In this document: positions 48,654 to 62,600 of the stretch, in pieces
How positions within the stretch are numbered: the stretch's first letter is position 1
Layout of the letters: each line of letters opens with the position of its first letter
DNA from: Protoeuglena noctilucae
Lineage: Eukaryota
Direction of reading: 5' to 3'
Length of the DNA stretch: 64,000 nt
NCBI GenBank assembly: GCA_958009085.1
Contig: OY253672.1
Coordinates: forward strand, 1,426,001 to 1,490,000
Position numbers and translations under genes: made by a program
The notes under the pieces: model-generated
What the model was told of the DNA's origin: nothing
Database searches by the model: none
What the model saw: only the letters and a program-made list of their open reading frames with translations

Positions 48654-51007
48654 ATGGCCGGCGTTCTGAGCTTCACTCCCGGTGCTCGTAGCGGTGACGC
48701 GAGCTCGGAGATGATGAAGAAGCTGGCGCAGGTGCGCAGCGCGATGCGCACCAGTCGGGCCCCTCGCACCCCTGCTGCGCGCGGCCGCGTCCCAGATTCA
48801 CCGGCTCCGCGACTCTTGCGCGCAGGCCGACGCTGTCGCCGCTGCCAGGGACCAGCGCCCCCAGCGCCAGCGCGGCCCGCGGGCCCCCAAGACGGACGTC
48901 CCGGCGCCCGCGCACGCCGGCGAGAGCAACGGCAACGGCTCGGCGGCGCGCCACGAGGGCAACGGCGCCGCGCCCGACGCCGGGACTCGGGCCCCCGCCA
49001 AGCGCCCCCCGCGCCCCGAGCCCAAGGACGGCCAGGTGCTGTACATTGTGCGGTTCGCCAAGGCCGAGAAGGACGAGGTCAAGCAGGAGGCGCTGCGGTC
49101 GAGGAGGGAGTCGCTGACCAATACCGTGAACCTCCTCCGCGAGTCCCTCAAGGCCAAGCGCGTCACGCTGCAGTGAGCAGCCGGCACGCGGCTAGTTGGA
49201 ACACGCAGCCCCTTGCGGTCTTGAGGCGACCCAGCGAGTTCCGTGGCCCTCCCGTCCCCGCAGAGACGCGCAGGAGGACGTGACGAAGGAGCTGGGCCGC
49301 CTGCAGGAGGCCCGCGCGGAGGTGGAGGCAGAGAACGCCGAGATGGCCCCGCTGAAGGAGGCGGTCGAGGGCATCGACACGCAGACGCGCGAGATCCGCG
49401 ACCGCCTGCGGGACATCGGCGTCAAGATGGAGGACGAGCTGGACGCCAAGATCGAGGACATGGACTTCCGCATCCAGCACGAGGGCGTGGACCTGCGCGA
49501 GGAGAAGCGCATGGTCCAGGAGATGAAGCGCCTGCGGTCGATGCGCGAGAGCATCCGCACGCTGTCCGCCCAGTGAGTCGCGCGGGGGTGCGCGCGGCGT
49601 GGGGCGGCGGGGTTGGAGTCCTCGTGCCCTGGCGTCTCTCCAACCATGGCGCCCGCCCCGCCCGCGCCCGCAGGCACGCCAAGCTGCAGGTGGACCGCGC
49701 GGGGCGGCAGGAGATGCAGGCGGCGCTTGCGGAGATGCGGCAGGACATGCGTCTGCTGCGCGACGCCCGCGACATCATCAAGGAGCGGGTGGACGAGCTG
49801 GCGGCCCGCCGCAACGCCCTGCGCGCTGAGGTCAAGAAGATGAGCGAGGCGCTGACGGACGTGGAGGCGCAGCGGAACGCAGCGTACGAGAAGGAGCGCG
49901 CGCTCCAGGCCGAGTACCGCGCCCAGAACGACGAGTTCTGGTCCACGCTGAAGCTCAAGGATGCCGCGAAGGAGGCGTGGGCGGCGGGGCGGACGGCCGA
50001 GGCCCGGCAGATGTGCGCGGAGCAGATGGAGGAGATGATCTCCAAGTACGTGAACGACAAGGCGTTCCGGAAGGAGTACCTCGCCAAGACGGAGAAGTCG
50101 CGCCGCAAGCGCGAGCGGGGGAACGTGGAGGACGAGCCCACGCCGGCGCCCAGCAAGGNNNNNNNNNNNNNNNNNNNNNNNNNNNNNNNNNNNNNNNNNN
50201 NNNNNNNNNNNNNNNNNNNNNNNNNNNNNNNNNNNNNNNNNNNNNNNNNNNNNNNNNNNNNNNNNNNNNNNNNNNNNNNNNNNNNNNNNNNNNNNNNNNN
50301 NNNNNNNNNNNNNNNNNNNNNNNNNNNNNNNNNNNNNNNNNNNNNNNNNNNNNNNNNNGGTGAGCGGCTGGGTGGGGCGGGCTGCGCTGTCTTGCATGGG
50401 GGATTGTGAGGCCTGCTGCGGGCATGGGCTGGGCGTATATGGGCTGTGACGTGGGGTCCTCGCTCGTGGTTGGCGTCGCAGGCAGAAGGAGAAGCGGGAG
50501 CAGGAGGCCAAGATGGAGGCGGAGAGGCGGGAGGCGGAGAAGGCGGCGGCGGAGGCCCAGGCGAGGGCCAAGGAGGCCCAGGCCAGGCAGGCCGAGGAGC
50601 GGGACGCGGCGGAGGCGGCGGCGAAGGCGGCGGCGCCCGTGGCGGCCAAGGCGGAGGCCGTGCAGGCGGACGCCCGCCCGTTGGGGTGAGTGCCCGTGTG
50701 GCGCTAGCATACACGCTGGCACTCGTGAACAGCTGCCCGCTTAGAGGGTGCCTAGCAGATGGCGTACAGGGACCGATGGTGGGGGGCATGGCGCCGAGGT
50801 GTTGTGACGAGTTCACTCCCGTGGGTCTCTGTCGCTTGCAGGAAGCGTCCCCGCAAGGTGGCAGGGCCGGCCAAGAAGGGTATCCAGGCCTTCTTCTCGG
50901 ACATCCGCGTCACGTATGGCATCATCGCCATCCTGGTCGTGATCCTGCTGCTGGCCATCGTCATCCCGCTGACGCGCCCCGTGGCGCCGCGCGTGGCTGT
51001 GGCGTGA
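48654..51007 (+). CDS. Proton pump-interactor (PPI1)-like coiled-coil, tail-anchored protein
   Basis: EDELDAKIEDMDFRIQHEGVDLREEKRMVQEMKRL matches the PPI core motif (RIQHEsi.L.EEK). Long coiled coils and a C-terminal TM (YGIIAILVVILLLAIVIPL). Interrupted by the N gap. Confidence 0.75.
50159..50358. other. Assembly gap (200 N)
   Basis: Run of N characters. Confidence 1.
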
Positions 51008-51195
51008 GGTGCTGCGACTGCTGGGGGGTAGACTCGCGGAGGGCAGCCAGGGGGCATCGCCGGCCACGTTGTGGCATAGTCCGGCGACGGCCTCGGCGAC
51101 TGGCGAGCCGCATTGCATGCATGCCAGTTGACACGGTGTGGGGGTTTTGCGATACGAGGTTGAGAGCCACAGTTGACGATTGAAACAGTCTGCGC

Positions 51196-53357
51196 CTACC
51201 GGAGCACGATCGAGGGGTCGTCGTATGGGAGGTTGAACTTGCCGTTCATCGACTTGTAGCTGTGCCGGGGCCCGCTGCCGACGGGCAGCTCGTTGATCAG
51301 ATGCGGGGAGTCGATGAGTCGCAGCCGAAGCGCCATGGCCTGACTGCGTGCGACAAGACGTTGCCAACTTGCGAGCCGAGGCTCTCAGTACAAATTGCCG
51401 GTCGTACCGTCGCGCCTGAGCCGCCCACACCCTCAGCGCTCTGCCTGCAGCCGCTCACCGGACGAGGTTGTTGGGCACGCGGGGGTCGTCGCCCAGGTCC
51501 GCCAGCGTACTGGAGTTGAGGAAGTGCATGCGCACGCAGGTGTAGAGGTCATTGACGGCTGCAGAGAGGCAAGGGAAGTGCCTATTATCCGCACCGCTCC
51601 GCTGCGCCAGACGGCTGTCACATCTCCTGTCTCTGATCGCTCCGCAAGTCACCTTCCGGAGCCAGCTCCCTGCCGCTGGCGTAGAGCTGCACGAAGCTAA
51701 GGACCTGGGACTCGCATTCCGGGGCCAAGCGGGGGTGGCGCAGGATCTGGGCGATGATAGAGGGCTCGAGCTCGCACAGGTACTGCTGGCTGTTCACGTT
51801 GAAGTAGGAGAAGTGCTCGGCGATGAAGTTGAAGCAGGCGAGAAGGTAGTTCTCGTGGTTGATCTCCAGGGCGCTCATCAGCGCCTGCAGGCAGTTGCCC
51901 GTCGTGAGGCGCGGCCTGCGGGCAGGGCCACGGGGCGTGACTGGCGCCGTCGATCGGGCGACGCGCCGGTAGCGGGAGAGGCGCGGGCGGCGGTCAAGCG
52001 TCACAGCTGTCTTCGTGGCCGTCACACACTTGATGTAGTCGACGCAGTGGTCGATGAGGCGCTCGACGCCGAGGATGTAGGCCACTTGGAGCAAGCTCTT
52101 GAAGTTGTTCTGCGTGATCTCGATCTCGTGCGTGTAGAAGTAGGTGAAGACCTGCTCCACGGCGGGCGGGTAGTCGATGCGGTTGTCGAACAAAAGCTCG
52201 ACCTTCTGCGCCCTCCCCGAGTCACTCCGCGACAGCGTCTCCTTGAACCACTGCGAGTTCGCCCTGCAGGAACGGCTCGAATGACGACCGTGCCGCGGCT
52301 TCGCGCAAAGACCACGCAAGGTGCCGGGCAAGCGTGCGGTGTCGCGGCCCTCACTTGAGCAGGAGCGTGTGGAGCGGGTAGACGGTGGCCTCCGACTCGC
52401 TGCCATCTGGTTGAATGAAACGGACCTCCACGTCGATGTCCGACAGGTCGCGGTTCTTGTAGAGAGGCTCCACGACCGTCCGCGTCGACCTGAAGAGCGC
52501 AAAGGCGAACCCTGGCTCGCGAATCCGCAGAGCTCTGGCATGAAAGCACTCACGCGATAGCGCACACGCGCAGTGTGCCACCCGAACGCGACGCGTGGCC
52601 GGAGGCTGCCGGAGATGGATTGTGAAAGTGACCGCGTCGGTCGACGATCGCCCAGCGCGTCACCTGAAGCGCACCGCGCTCGTGCTAACGGAGCCCACCA
52701 TCCCCCACCGTCGATCCTCCGTATCCCGAGCGGGCAGACAAGCCTCTTTTTTGCCCCTTTCCCGTGGCTGACGACCGCGAAGTGTTAACTCCACGCCAAG
52801 AAGGCCCTCGCGGACCGTGAATGCCGTAGCTGTTCCTCCCTCAACTCGCCAAGGACTTCAAAGAGGTCGAGGGACTTGCAATAGCTCAGCAATACCTGCA
52901 CCAGCTCACGCAACTACAACTTTCAGGAACTCCTGCTCGCACTCGCACGTACCAGAGGCAACTACAGGCCTGCCTGCTGATATGGATCACGGCATCAACA
53001 GGCTCAACGCTTGCATCCGATTCGCTGAACATTTTGGCAGCTGTGTTTCTGACTATTCTGGTCCGACCCGAAACTCGATAAGTTACGCCGTTAGGTCGGC
53101 TCCCTGATTCGCTTGTTGTCCAAGTCGCGCGCTGGTGCTGCAGACCTGTGGCTTTGGCGGCAGCGGGCAGCCTCACGCGTCGCGGCGCGTCCCCTGGGGC
53201 GGTCGGGAAGTCGACGGGCGATTCCGTCCCGGCGTGCATCGAGGCTGACGGCGCTCGCTGAGGTCGACGCGGGAACCACCCCGGGGCCTGTCCAGCGGGT
53301 GAGCACCGTTGACCGAGGCACTGCTCGGCGTGGATGAGGGGTCATCTGGTCAGTCAT
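51196..53357 (-). CDS. BTB/POZ-BACK domain protein (probable Cullin-3 adaptor)
   Basis: LYKNRDLSDI...YPLHTLLLK|ANSQWFK, VFTYFYT..IEIT.NNFKSLLQVAYILGVERL..C..YI, BACK-like LTTGNCL...FIAEHF...ESQV, VRMHFL and PRHSY. Upstream exons and start uncertain. Confidence 0.85.
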
Positions 53358-53692
53358 GGGCTGGAGAGGGCGGGGCCTGGGCGGCTCCTGCCGCGCTGCT
53401 AGGTCTCAGGCAGGGGCGTGATGAAGGAGCGGGGTGCTGCCGTGACGTGCCGGCTGGCTATGAGAGGACCGGCCCTGCGTGATTGGTCTCATCGTCCGAT
53501 ATTTGACCAGTCACGCGCTGCCCTCGCCCGAGGGAAGCCCCTCCGCCGTGGCGTCCCCCGCGCCACACCCCCACCGGTGCAACTGCCTGCCAGGGCTGGC
53601 CGGCCCGGGGCCTCCTCACGTTATGCGCGCCTGTGCGTGTCGATTCACGACATTCCACCTCATCCTCGCTCCTCGTCGACCTCGCAGGCGCC

Positions 53693-56600
53693 ATGCAGAC
53701 GCTGGGCGGGTCGTGCCACGACCTCCAGGCGCTTGCGCGGGGGCAGGAGCGCAAGTTAGGGGGCGCGGCGGGCGGGGGCGGCCTGCGTCGGACCAAGGTG
53801 ATCATCAGTTACGCTGCGCGCCGCCACCGCCCGCGCCATCGCGGCCCGCGGCGTCGGCAAGGCGCGGCCCAGGTCGCCGGATAAGTTAGCACGCCAGCGA
53901 TGGGCGCCCCCGTCCGCAGCCGCAGCAGCACACGCGCATGGGCGGATCCATTCAAGAGGACTGCGCCAGCGAGGCGCCGTACGCGGGGAGCGACGTGGAG
54001 GAGCGCAGGCCGCGAATGATGGTCGTGTCCAACCAGCTCCCGGTCCGGGTCAAGCCCGCCAAGGAGGACGAGGAGGTGAGGGCGCGGGGCGCCGCGTCCG
54101 CACATGCATTTCCCGTTCCCTATCCCATCGCGACCGCCGGCGGCGCCACCGGCCCTCCCGTGCGCGGCACGGGGCGTGTCTCGACCGTCGCTTGCCTCGC
54201 CGGCTCCCAGGGCGCCGTCGGGGGCTTCCTCTTTGAGTGGGACGAGGACGCGCTGTACGGGCAGGCCAAGGACGGGATTCCGAGCGAGTTTGAGGTCGTC
54301 TATGTGGGTTCGCTGGGCGTGGAGGTCGCACTGCAGGCGCAGGAAAAGGTCTCGACGCACCTGCTTAGCACCTACAACTGCCTGCCCGTCTTCCTCGGGT
54401 CAGACCTGCGGGACAAGTACTACAAGCACTTCTGGTGAGCATTTGATGGGGCAAGGGGGATGGCGAGGACTGCATGAGGTGTGCACTGAGGTGTCGATGC
54501 AGCCAGCGGCGGGGTGCAGCTGGGCTGCCTGCGGTGATATAACGCCTCACACCCTCACGCTGCCTGCCCCCTCGCAGCAAGCTCCAGCTGTGGCCGACGC
54601 TGCACTACGTGCTGCCCATCAGCCCTCACAACCCCCAGCGATTCGACCTGGCCCTCTGGCAGTCGTACATCAAGGCGAACAAGGCCTTCTGCGACCGCAT
54701 CCTCGAGGTCCTCCTGGTTGAGTCGGGTGAGAGCTGTGCATGCATGCATTGAAATGCAAGCCAGGCCAGGCATGCCTGCGTCATTGTCACACCAGAGACG
54801 CGCTGAGGCTATCACAGCACCCCCTGTTGGCGCCCTAGTAGTCTATTGTTGCACACCACCCCCTGTTGATTGTTGCACTCTGCACATAGACTTACATCAG
54901 ACCCACATGTGTTGTTGTGACCCCTATCTCGTCACCCTCCTATTCAGACTACGTGTGGATCCACGACTACCATCTGATGGTCCTCCCGCTGCTCCTGCGC
55001 AAGAGGTTCCACCGCATTCGCGTCGGGTTCTTCCTCCACTCGCCCTTCCCATCCTCCGAGGTGAGCATTGTGTTCTGGAATGCCACTAAACGTGTAGCAT
55101 GTGACAACAACTACGTGTGTAACACAACACGTATAAGTTATCCGATACCAGCCAGCCCTGGGACACCGGCGCCCACCCTGCCGCCGTGCCACGTGCCATC
55201 GCCACCTCCCGCAAAGCTCGCGAGACGCGAGGCTGGGTGACCCCCGCAGCCGTCGCGTCCCTTCTCTCCCCGCAGATCTTCCGTACGTTCCCGAAATGCG
55301 AGGAGCTGCTGCGGTCGCTGCTCAACGCGGACATCATCGGGTTCCACACGTTTGACTATGCCCGCCACTTCCTCTCGTGCTGCTCGCGCATGCTGGGCCT
55401 GGAGCACCACACCAGGCGTGGGTCCATCGTGGTGGAGTACTTTGGGCGCAAGGTGTCGATCAAGATCCTGCCCATCGGGGTCAAGCCGCGCCGGTGAGCG
55501 GTTGGGTGGGGTGAAGCGCCGGGGCTGGTTTGGGCGAAGCGCATGGGCTGGCTCGGGTGAAGTGCTGGCTGGGGTAGAGTGCAGGGTGTTGTGGCTGGGC
55601 TGACTGCATGGATAGAGGAGAGGAGGGGCACGTGGATGGGTGATATGTACTCCCACTAGGGCGCGTCAGGTGCTTGGTGTGACTGACGCATCTGATGCTA
55701 TGCTATGCGATACCATGTCATGCCACGCAGGTATCTGGACGGTTTCGAGTGGCCGGAGTTCAAGTGGCGCAAAGGGGAGCTGGAGAGCCAGTTCGCGGGG
55801 CGGTCGGTGCTGGTGGGGGTGGACGACATGGACCTGTTCAAGGGCATCGAGCTCAAAGTGCAGGCGAGTGTGTCGGTGGGCGGGTGTGTGTGTAGAGGGT
55901 GGGCTTGCTCACAGCATCCAGCACTACGCCGAGGTCGGCAAAGATTGGCCGGCGGGCGTTTACTCTTAAGCAATGGGACGTGTTATCTATCGCAACCTCG
56001 TCTTTTATCAATGGTCCGCAGGCGATGGAGTTGCTCCTGGAGCAGCACTCGGAGATGGCGGGCAAGGCGGTGCTGGTGCAGGTCATCAACCCGGCGCGCT
56101 CAGACACGGCGGAGGTCAAGGAGATGATCCAGTTCATCCGGGTGAGTCGAGACATCGCGTGTCGTTCGCTGGTCTGCGAATGCGATGCAGCGTTGGGAAC
56201 CACGGGCAGCGTTGCGTGCGTGTGCGTGGGCCCGGCCACTGTACTCCCTGCGATGCGACTCTGCGACTGCTTCACCCTCTGTCTTCCACCATCGTTGTCG
56301 CAGGAGACGGCCCAGCGGATCAACCAGCGATTCGGGAGCGGGAGCTACCAGCCGGTGGTGCTGATCGAGCGGGCAATGCCCCTGCACGAACGCATGGCTC
56401 TCTTTACGGTGGCAGAGGTGGCGGTGGTGACGGCCACGAGGGACGGCATGAATCTGCTTCCCTACGAGGTGAGAGGGGGCCGCGTGCGGACGGACTTGTG
56501 ACCCTCGCCACGCTACATGCTGCGCTGTGCGGTGCAGTGCTGTCGCTGCAAGGCCTTCTCGCCAAGGACATCGCCCAATGTCGTTTCGCGGATGTTGTGT

Positions 56601-59273
56601 TCGTGTTTGCAATTCTAAATACTCGCTGACCGCTGTAACGCACCCCTCATCTGGTCCGCAGTACGTGGTGTGCCGCCAGGGCCTCAGCGACGCGGGGGCG
56701 GTCGTGGATGAGGGGGACGCCAAGGCGCTTCTCGAGTCTCAGGTGCGTCGCGTTACTACTCACAACTCTCATGTAACTCGTGAATGATCAGAGAGTGCGC
56801 CAGACACCAGGCAGGCGTCCGTGCCCGCCCCAACTCCGCACGACGCGCTCCCACCCCGCTGCAGAGCAGTCACCACCGCATCGCAGAGCACTTGCCACCT
56901 GGCTGACCGCTCCTCGCCCCTTATTCTTGCCCCGCAGGACGCGGACTTGACGGGCCGCCCCAGCTCGACAATCGTGGTGTCCGAGTTTGTCGGTTGCTCG
57001 CCCTCCCTGAGCGGCGCCCTCCGCATGAACCCCTGGAGCATCGAGAGCGTCAAGGAATGCTTCTTCTCCGCCCTGACCATGCCCCTGCGCGAGCGTGTGC
57101 TGAGGCATGCCAAGCACTGGAGATACGTGTCGTCGCACACGGTGGCATTCTGGACATCCAAGCTGGTCGCGGAGATGCAGGTGAGGAGAAAGAGCAGGGC
57201 TAAGGTGTTGTGGGGCACACGGGGTTGGGGCGAGCGACGGGAACAAGGCGCGGTCGCAATCGGCGGTGCGATCGGCGGGCGCAATGCCATGGTGTTCGAC
57301 GCTCCGTGTAAGGTACAGTTGTCAATGAGTCATGTCGTATCAGGAACAAATCTCCTTTGCCCCTGCAGGCGTTCACGAAGGACCACCCCCAGATGCGCTG
57401 CTACGGCCTGGGCCTGGGGTTGGACACGTTCCGCATGATCGCCCTGGACGCCTCGTTCCGGAAACTCGACACGGTGCAGGTCATGGGGGCCTACAAGAAC
57501 GCGTCTAAGCGCATGATCTTCCTCGACTACGGTGACCGTGGGGGCGGGTCATGTGGGCGGTGTGCGAGACGCATGTTGTTGATGTGTTGGGGTGGCCGTG
57601 CTGGGACGGCATGCCCACCGGGGACTTTGATGCTTGCACTTGCTTATTGCACTTGGAGATTGCTCGTTGTGCTTCTGAGTTATACACGCTCGGAGCCCAG
57701 CTGGGCTGTTCTGTGCTGTGCCATCAACCCCGTCTCACTGCCCCCTTTGCCGCAGATGGTACCCTGGTCCCCCACTCGACCATTTCCATGCACCCGTCCC
57801 CCGAGGTGGTCAGCATCGTGCGGTCTCTCGTCTCCGATCCCCTCAACGAGGTCTGGGTCATTTCGGGGCGCAAGCGGTCGGAGCTGTTAAGCTGGCTCAA
57901 GGTGAGACGACGGCGGCCGAGGTTATGCTGTAGTGTGCGATACGGGCTTACAGGGCTTATATGTTTCGGTGATGCCTGCTCATGTTTGATGTTGGCTGCT
58001 AGTCGCATCGCATACAAGAGGCTCCATTGGTGGGGCCAGTGCTGAGCATCACAATCAACTCCCCCCGATCTGCCTGCCCGCAGGACCTCCCCCCCGGTCT
58101 GGGCATCGCATCGGAGCACGGTTTCTACCACCGCCGTCCCAACACGACCGAGTGGATCGTCAAGAACCCCAACATGGACCTGTCGTGGAAGGACGCGGTC
58201 CATGAGATCGTGCAGGCGTACGCGGAGTCCACCGATGGGTCCTGGGTCGAGGTGCGGGGGGGGCATGGGGGGGGGGTTGTATGGGGGCGGGGACGTGTGC
58301 GGGGTGCGTGAGGGTGTGCGAGATTGGCGGAGTGCTTGGGGGCGTGCCGGGGGGTGTGCGAGGGGCGTCGGGAATGCCTGGAGTGTGCGGTGGCGGGTGT
58401 GGGGGTGCCTCGGGCCTGTGCTGTAGTGGCGTGCGTGGGGGTGCTTAGCTGACTGGGAGCCGCATGCGCCCTGCGGTCCCGTGCAGGTGAAGGACGCGAG
58501 CGTGGTGTGGCACTACCGCAACGCGGACCCGGACTTCGGGGCGTGGCAGGCGAAGGAGCTGCTCGACCATTTGGAGTCGGTGCTGCAGGGGACGCCCGTC
58601 GAGGTCGTGTCGGGAGGCACGGGTGAGCCGGCGACATCGGCGAGCCATAGCAACGAGGCCATAGCAACAAGGCGCACGGTATTGCAATTTGATATTACTT
58701 AAGGTGTTTGTTTTTCCGACGCCGCCGCCGACGCCGCTGCGCCCGCGCCCCCGCAGCATACGTGGAGACAAAGCCGGCGGGGGTGTCCAAGGGACGGGTC
58801 GTGGAGCGCATCCTGGCCGACACGACCGGCGCGGTGGACTTCGTGCTGTGCATCGGGGACGACCGCAGCGACGAGGAGATGTTCATCGCTCTGGAGCACC
58901 TCGTGCACTCGCCCCACATGCCCGCCGAGACGTTCGCGTGCACGGTCGGCCAGAAGCCCTCCAAGGTGCGGTGTGGTTCGAAGGGCGCCCGCCGCGATCG
59001 ACGCGGTTTGTGTTCCCCGCGACATCGCGGCTCTCCGGGCTCGCAGGCGACGTACTATCTGAACGACGTGGCGGACGTGCTCGACACCCTCAATCGCCTG
59101 GCCGCCATGAGCGACCCGGGCCGGCAGCCCGTGGTGATGACGACTTCGGGGAGCATCGTGGAGCTGCAGACGCAGGCGAGCGCGGCGCAGTGCCGCGCGA
59201 GGCGGGCCAGCAGGGCCAGCCAGTTAACGCGTGTTGACCTCCTCCCCCGCAGGCGCCCGGAGACTCGATATAG
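53693..59273 (+). CDS. Class II trehalose-6-phosphate synthase/phosphatase (TPS5-11-like)
   Basis: VVSNQLP, LWPTLHY, VWIHDYH, GFFLHSPFPSSE, GVDDMDLFKG (class II form), RDGMNL, VSEFVGCSPSLSGA, HAD motif FLDY|DGTL, SEHGF and GDDRSDEEMF. Last exon uncertain. Confidence 0.96.
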
Positions 59274-59634
59274 CGGAGCTCGGGTGGTCCGGAGCCAAGT
59301 CGTTCCTTCCTCCCTCCCCACGCGCTGGCAGCGCGGCGATCCAGACTTGCTCTGCGAGTGCCGGCGTGAACCCGCGGGCCGGGACGCGCGCGCGCCCTGT
59401 TTGAACACAGAAGGACGTTTTTCGCTATCGGAGACACATAGGAGCGTCGGAGAGCGCTGATAGGCGCGCGGGGGCGCGGGTCTGACCGCGGGCGGGTAAA
59501 AACCCCCGAGGTCGTGCGGCTTCGACGCAAGGTGGCCTGCCCCGCCCGGCCCCAGTCCAGTTCGCTGCGCTGTCCTGACCTCCGCGCGAGGATCTCAATT
59601 CTCGTTACGAAGCGTGACGGGGAGTACGACGATC

Positions 59635-62600
59635 ATGCAGGCGAGCTCCCGCAGGCCCACCGCGCTGCAGCGGTCGAGGGGCGCCCCCGCCCCTCCGATC
59701 GCGGGCCACAGCTCGCTTGCGCTTTGAAGCGTTCCGGAACGCCCTCCTCGTCCCGCGAGACCCACCCCACGCTCCTGGTACGCAGTCGGTGCTGGTGAAC
59801 GGTGGGGTGGCCACGAGCGCCCGCCCCGTCGCGGGGCAGGCCCGCCCGGTGGCCGCGGTTTCGGCGAACGTGCGCGCGGCGTCCAGGGCGGTGATCGCGC
59901 AGGTGGGTGGGCGCGCGAGGGCGTCACGGCAGCCCCCTTGTCTCGGGCTCGTTTGATTCCGGTCGCGGCGCTGATCGTGGGGCTCCGGCCCTGCGCCTTC
60001 CGCGTTGGCTCGGCACGGTCACGAGCTAGCGCAGGGCGGGAGCTCGGCCCGCTTGCGGCCCTGCCGGCTCGCGCCCGTCCCCCCAGCTGGGGCGCGCGAC
60101 GGGCATCTCGGGGAGGGTCCCTTTCCGCCCCCCGCCGAGCCCTGTCCCTTTATATTGCTTCTTTGATGTTGCGGCTGCGGAGACTGCGCTCCCGGGAGGC
60201 ATCCGCGCGCCTGGGGACCCGCCCTGCCCCGGGACCGCTGGGCCCCACGATACGCGTGCGGCCGCGGACCGAATCCCGGCGCCGGGAGGCGGGGCAGAGT
60301 TTTTGGAGGCATCCGCGCGCGTCGAGCTTTCCCCGGGCCCGCACAGGCGTCGCATGGGGCGCGCCGGGCGCCCTAGTACGCCGCCCCCCTCCAGGCTGCG
60401 CGGGAGCTGTCGAGCGGCGTCGCCTGCCCCGCGCGCGTCGTCTCCGTGCCGTTTGATGGCAATGCTGCTGCAAGTTGCCGTCGGCTGGGCCCCACGGCCT
60501 CTGCACGGCGCTCCCGGCGGCCGTACGAGGCCCCTGGCTATCCCCGCCCCGCCCCACCGCGGCGCGCCTCCTCCGCCCCCGCAGGCCACGTCCAAGGTCC
60601 GCGGCGCCGTCAACGCGCCCGATGATGCGGCGCCGGCCCTCATCGGCAAGCCCGCGGCGGCCAAGAAGGTCCCCACGGACCTGCCCCCCGTGGAGCGCAC
60701 CTCCCGCCCCATGAAGATCGTGTTCGTGTCCGCGGAGGTGGCCCCCTGGTCCAAGACCGGCGGCCTCGGCGACGTCGTGGGCGCCCTGCCCCTCGAGCTC
60801 GCCCGCCGCGGCCACAAGGTCATGACGGTGTCGCCCCGCTACGACCAGTACTACGACGCCTGGGACACGTCCGTGACCACCAACATCATGGGCAAGGAGG
60901 TCCGCTACTTCCACACCGGTGAGCGACGCGCTGGACATGCCTGCTTACCATTCTACACGGCTGCGCGATGCGTTCCGCCCGGTACCGTGCCACCGCCTTT
61001 GCATGTCCCGTTATGCAACCACCCCTCCGCCCCCGTCGCCGCGCAGTGGACCAGGGCGTGGACCGCGTGTGGGTGGACAACCCGCTCTTCCTCGCCAAGG
61101 TCTGGGGCAAGACGGGCTCCAAGATCTACGGTGCCAAGGCCGGGGCCGACTACGAGGACAACCAGGTCCGCTTCCGTATCTTCTCGGAGGCCGCGATCGA
61201 GGCCTGCCGCAAGCTGCCCTTCGGCTACGGCGAGGACGTCGTGTTCGTCGCCAACGACTGGCACTCGGCCATGGTGCCCGCCCTCCTCAAGAACGTCTAC
61301 AAGGTGACTTGGCATGCGAATTGGCACGCACGCACGCATGCTTGTATGTGAACTGGGGCTTGTGCTGCCCTCTGCATGGAGACTGTTGATGTGTGTGTGA
61401 GAGCTTGCTATGGTCGTGTCTGCGCAGCAGTCGGGCAGCCAGTGAGTGTTGACGCAGTCGAACGCTCACGGTCCGTCACCGCTTGTACCCCCGCAGCCCC
61501 GCGGCGAGTTTGCCAAGGCCAAGACGGCCTTCTGCATCCACAACATCGCCTTCCAGGGCCGCTTCCCCGACGCCTCGTTCGGCGAGCTGAACCTCCCCGG
61601 CTCGGCCAAGGGCGCCTTCGCGTTCGCCGACTCGGTGCCTTACGACAAGGCGGCCGGCAAGGCCTCGGGCAAGTTCGCCAAGATCAACTGGATGAAGGCC
61701 GGCTTCATGACGGCCGACAAGCTCCTCACCGTGTCGCCCACGTACGCCTCGGAGGTGTCTGCCAACGCCGAGAAGGGCGTGGAGCTCGACGTCGTCATCC
61801 GCGCCGCGGGCGGCATCGAGGGCATCGTGAACGGCATGGACGCCTCGGAGTGGCACCCCAAGAAGGACAAGTACCTGGACGTCAAGTACGACGCCTCCAC
61901 CGTGTTCCAGGTGAGAGGAGTTGAAGGGGTTGGCCCATGGTGCATGTACGGTGGGTCACTGACTGGTGGGGGGGCAGCGCTGCCGCGGGAGCAGCTCAGA
62001 GCAGCGTGTGCCGTAGCGGAGTGGTCATAGAAGCAGCCAGCGTGTGCCGGGCTCCAGTGGCTGACTCTACAACACCGCCATCGCACCCCCCGCAGGGCAA
62101 GGCGGTGGCCAAGGCCACGCTGCAGGCTGAGTGCGGCCTGCCGGTGAACCCCTCCGCGCCGCTGTTTGCCTTCATCGGGCGCCTGGAGGAGCAGAAGGGC
62201 GTGGACATCATGCTCAAGGCGATCCCGGGCATCGTGGCGGCGGGCGGGCAGGTGGTGGTGCTGGGGACGGGCAAGAAGGAGTTCGAGGTGGCGGTGAAGG
62301 CCCTCGAGAAGTCGAACCCGGGCGCCAAGGGCGTGGTCAAGTTCTCGGCCGCCCTGGCCCACATCATCACGGCCGGCGCCGACTTCATGCTGGTGCCGTC
62401 TCGGTTCGAGCCGTGCGGCCTCATTCAGCTGCACGCCATGCAGTACGGCACGGTCCCGGTCGTCGCCTCCACGGGCGGCCTCGTCGACACGGTCAAGGAG
62501 GGCGTGACGGGCTTCCACATGGGCGCGATGGACCCCGACACAGTCACGTCGGCCGACGTGGCTGCTGTCACTGCCGCCTGCCGCAAGGCCATCTCCTCCT

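Noticed and set aside
50159..50358. Apparent disruption of the PPI-like gene
   Set aside because: It is a round 200-N scaffold gap, an assembly artefact rather than evidence of pseudogenisation.
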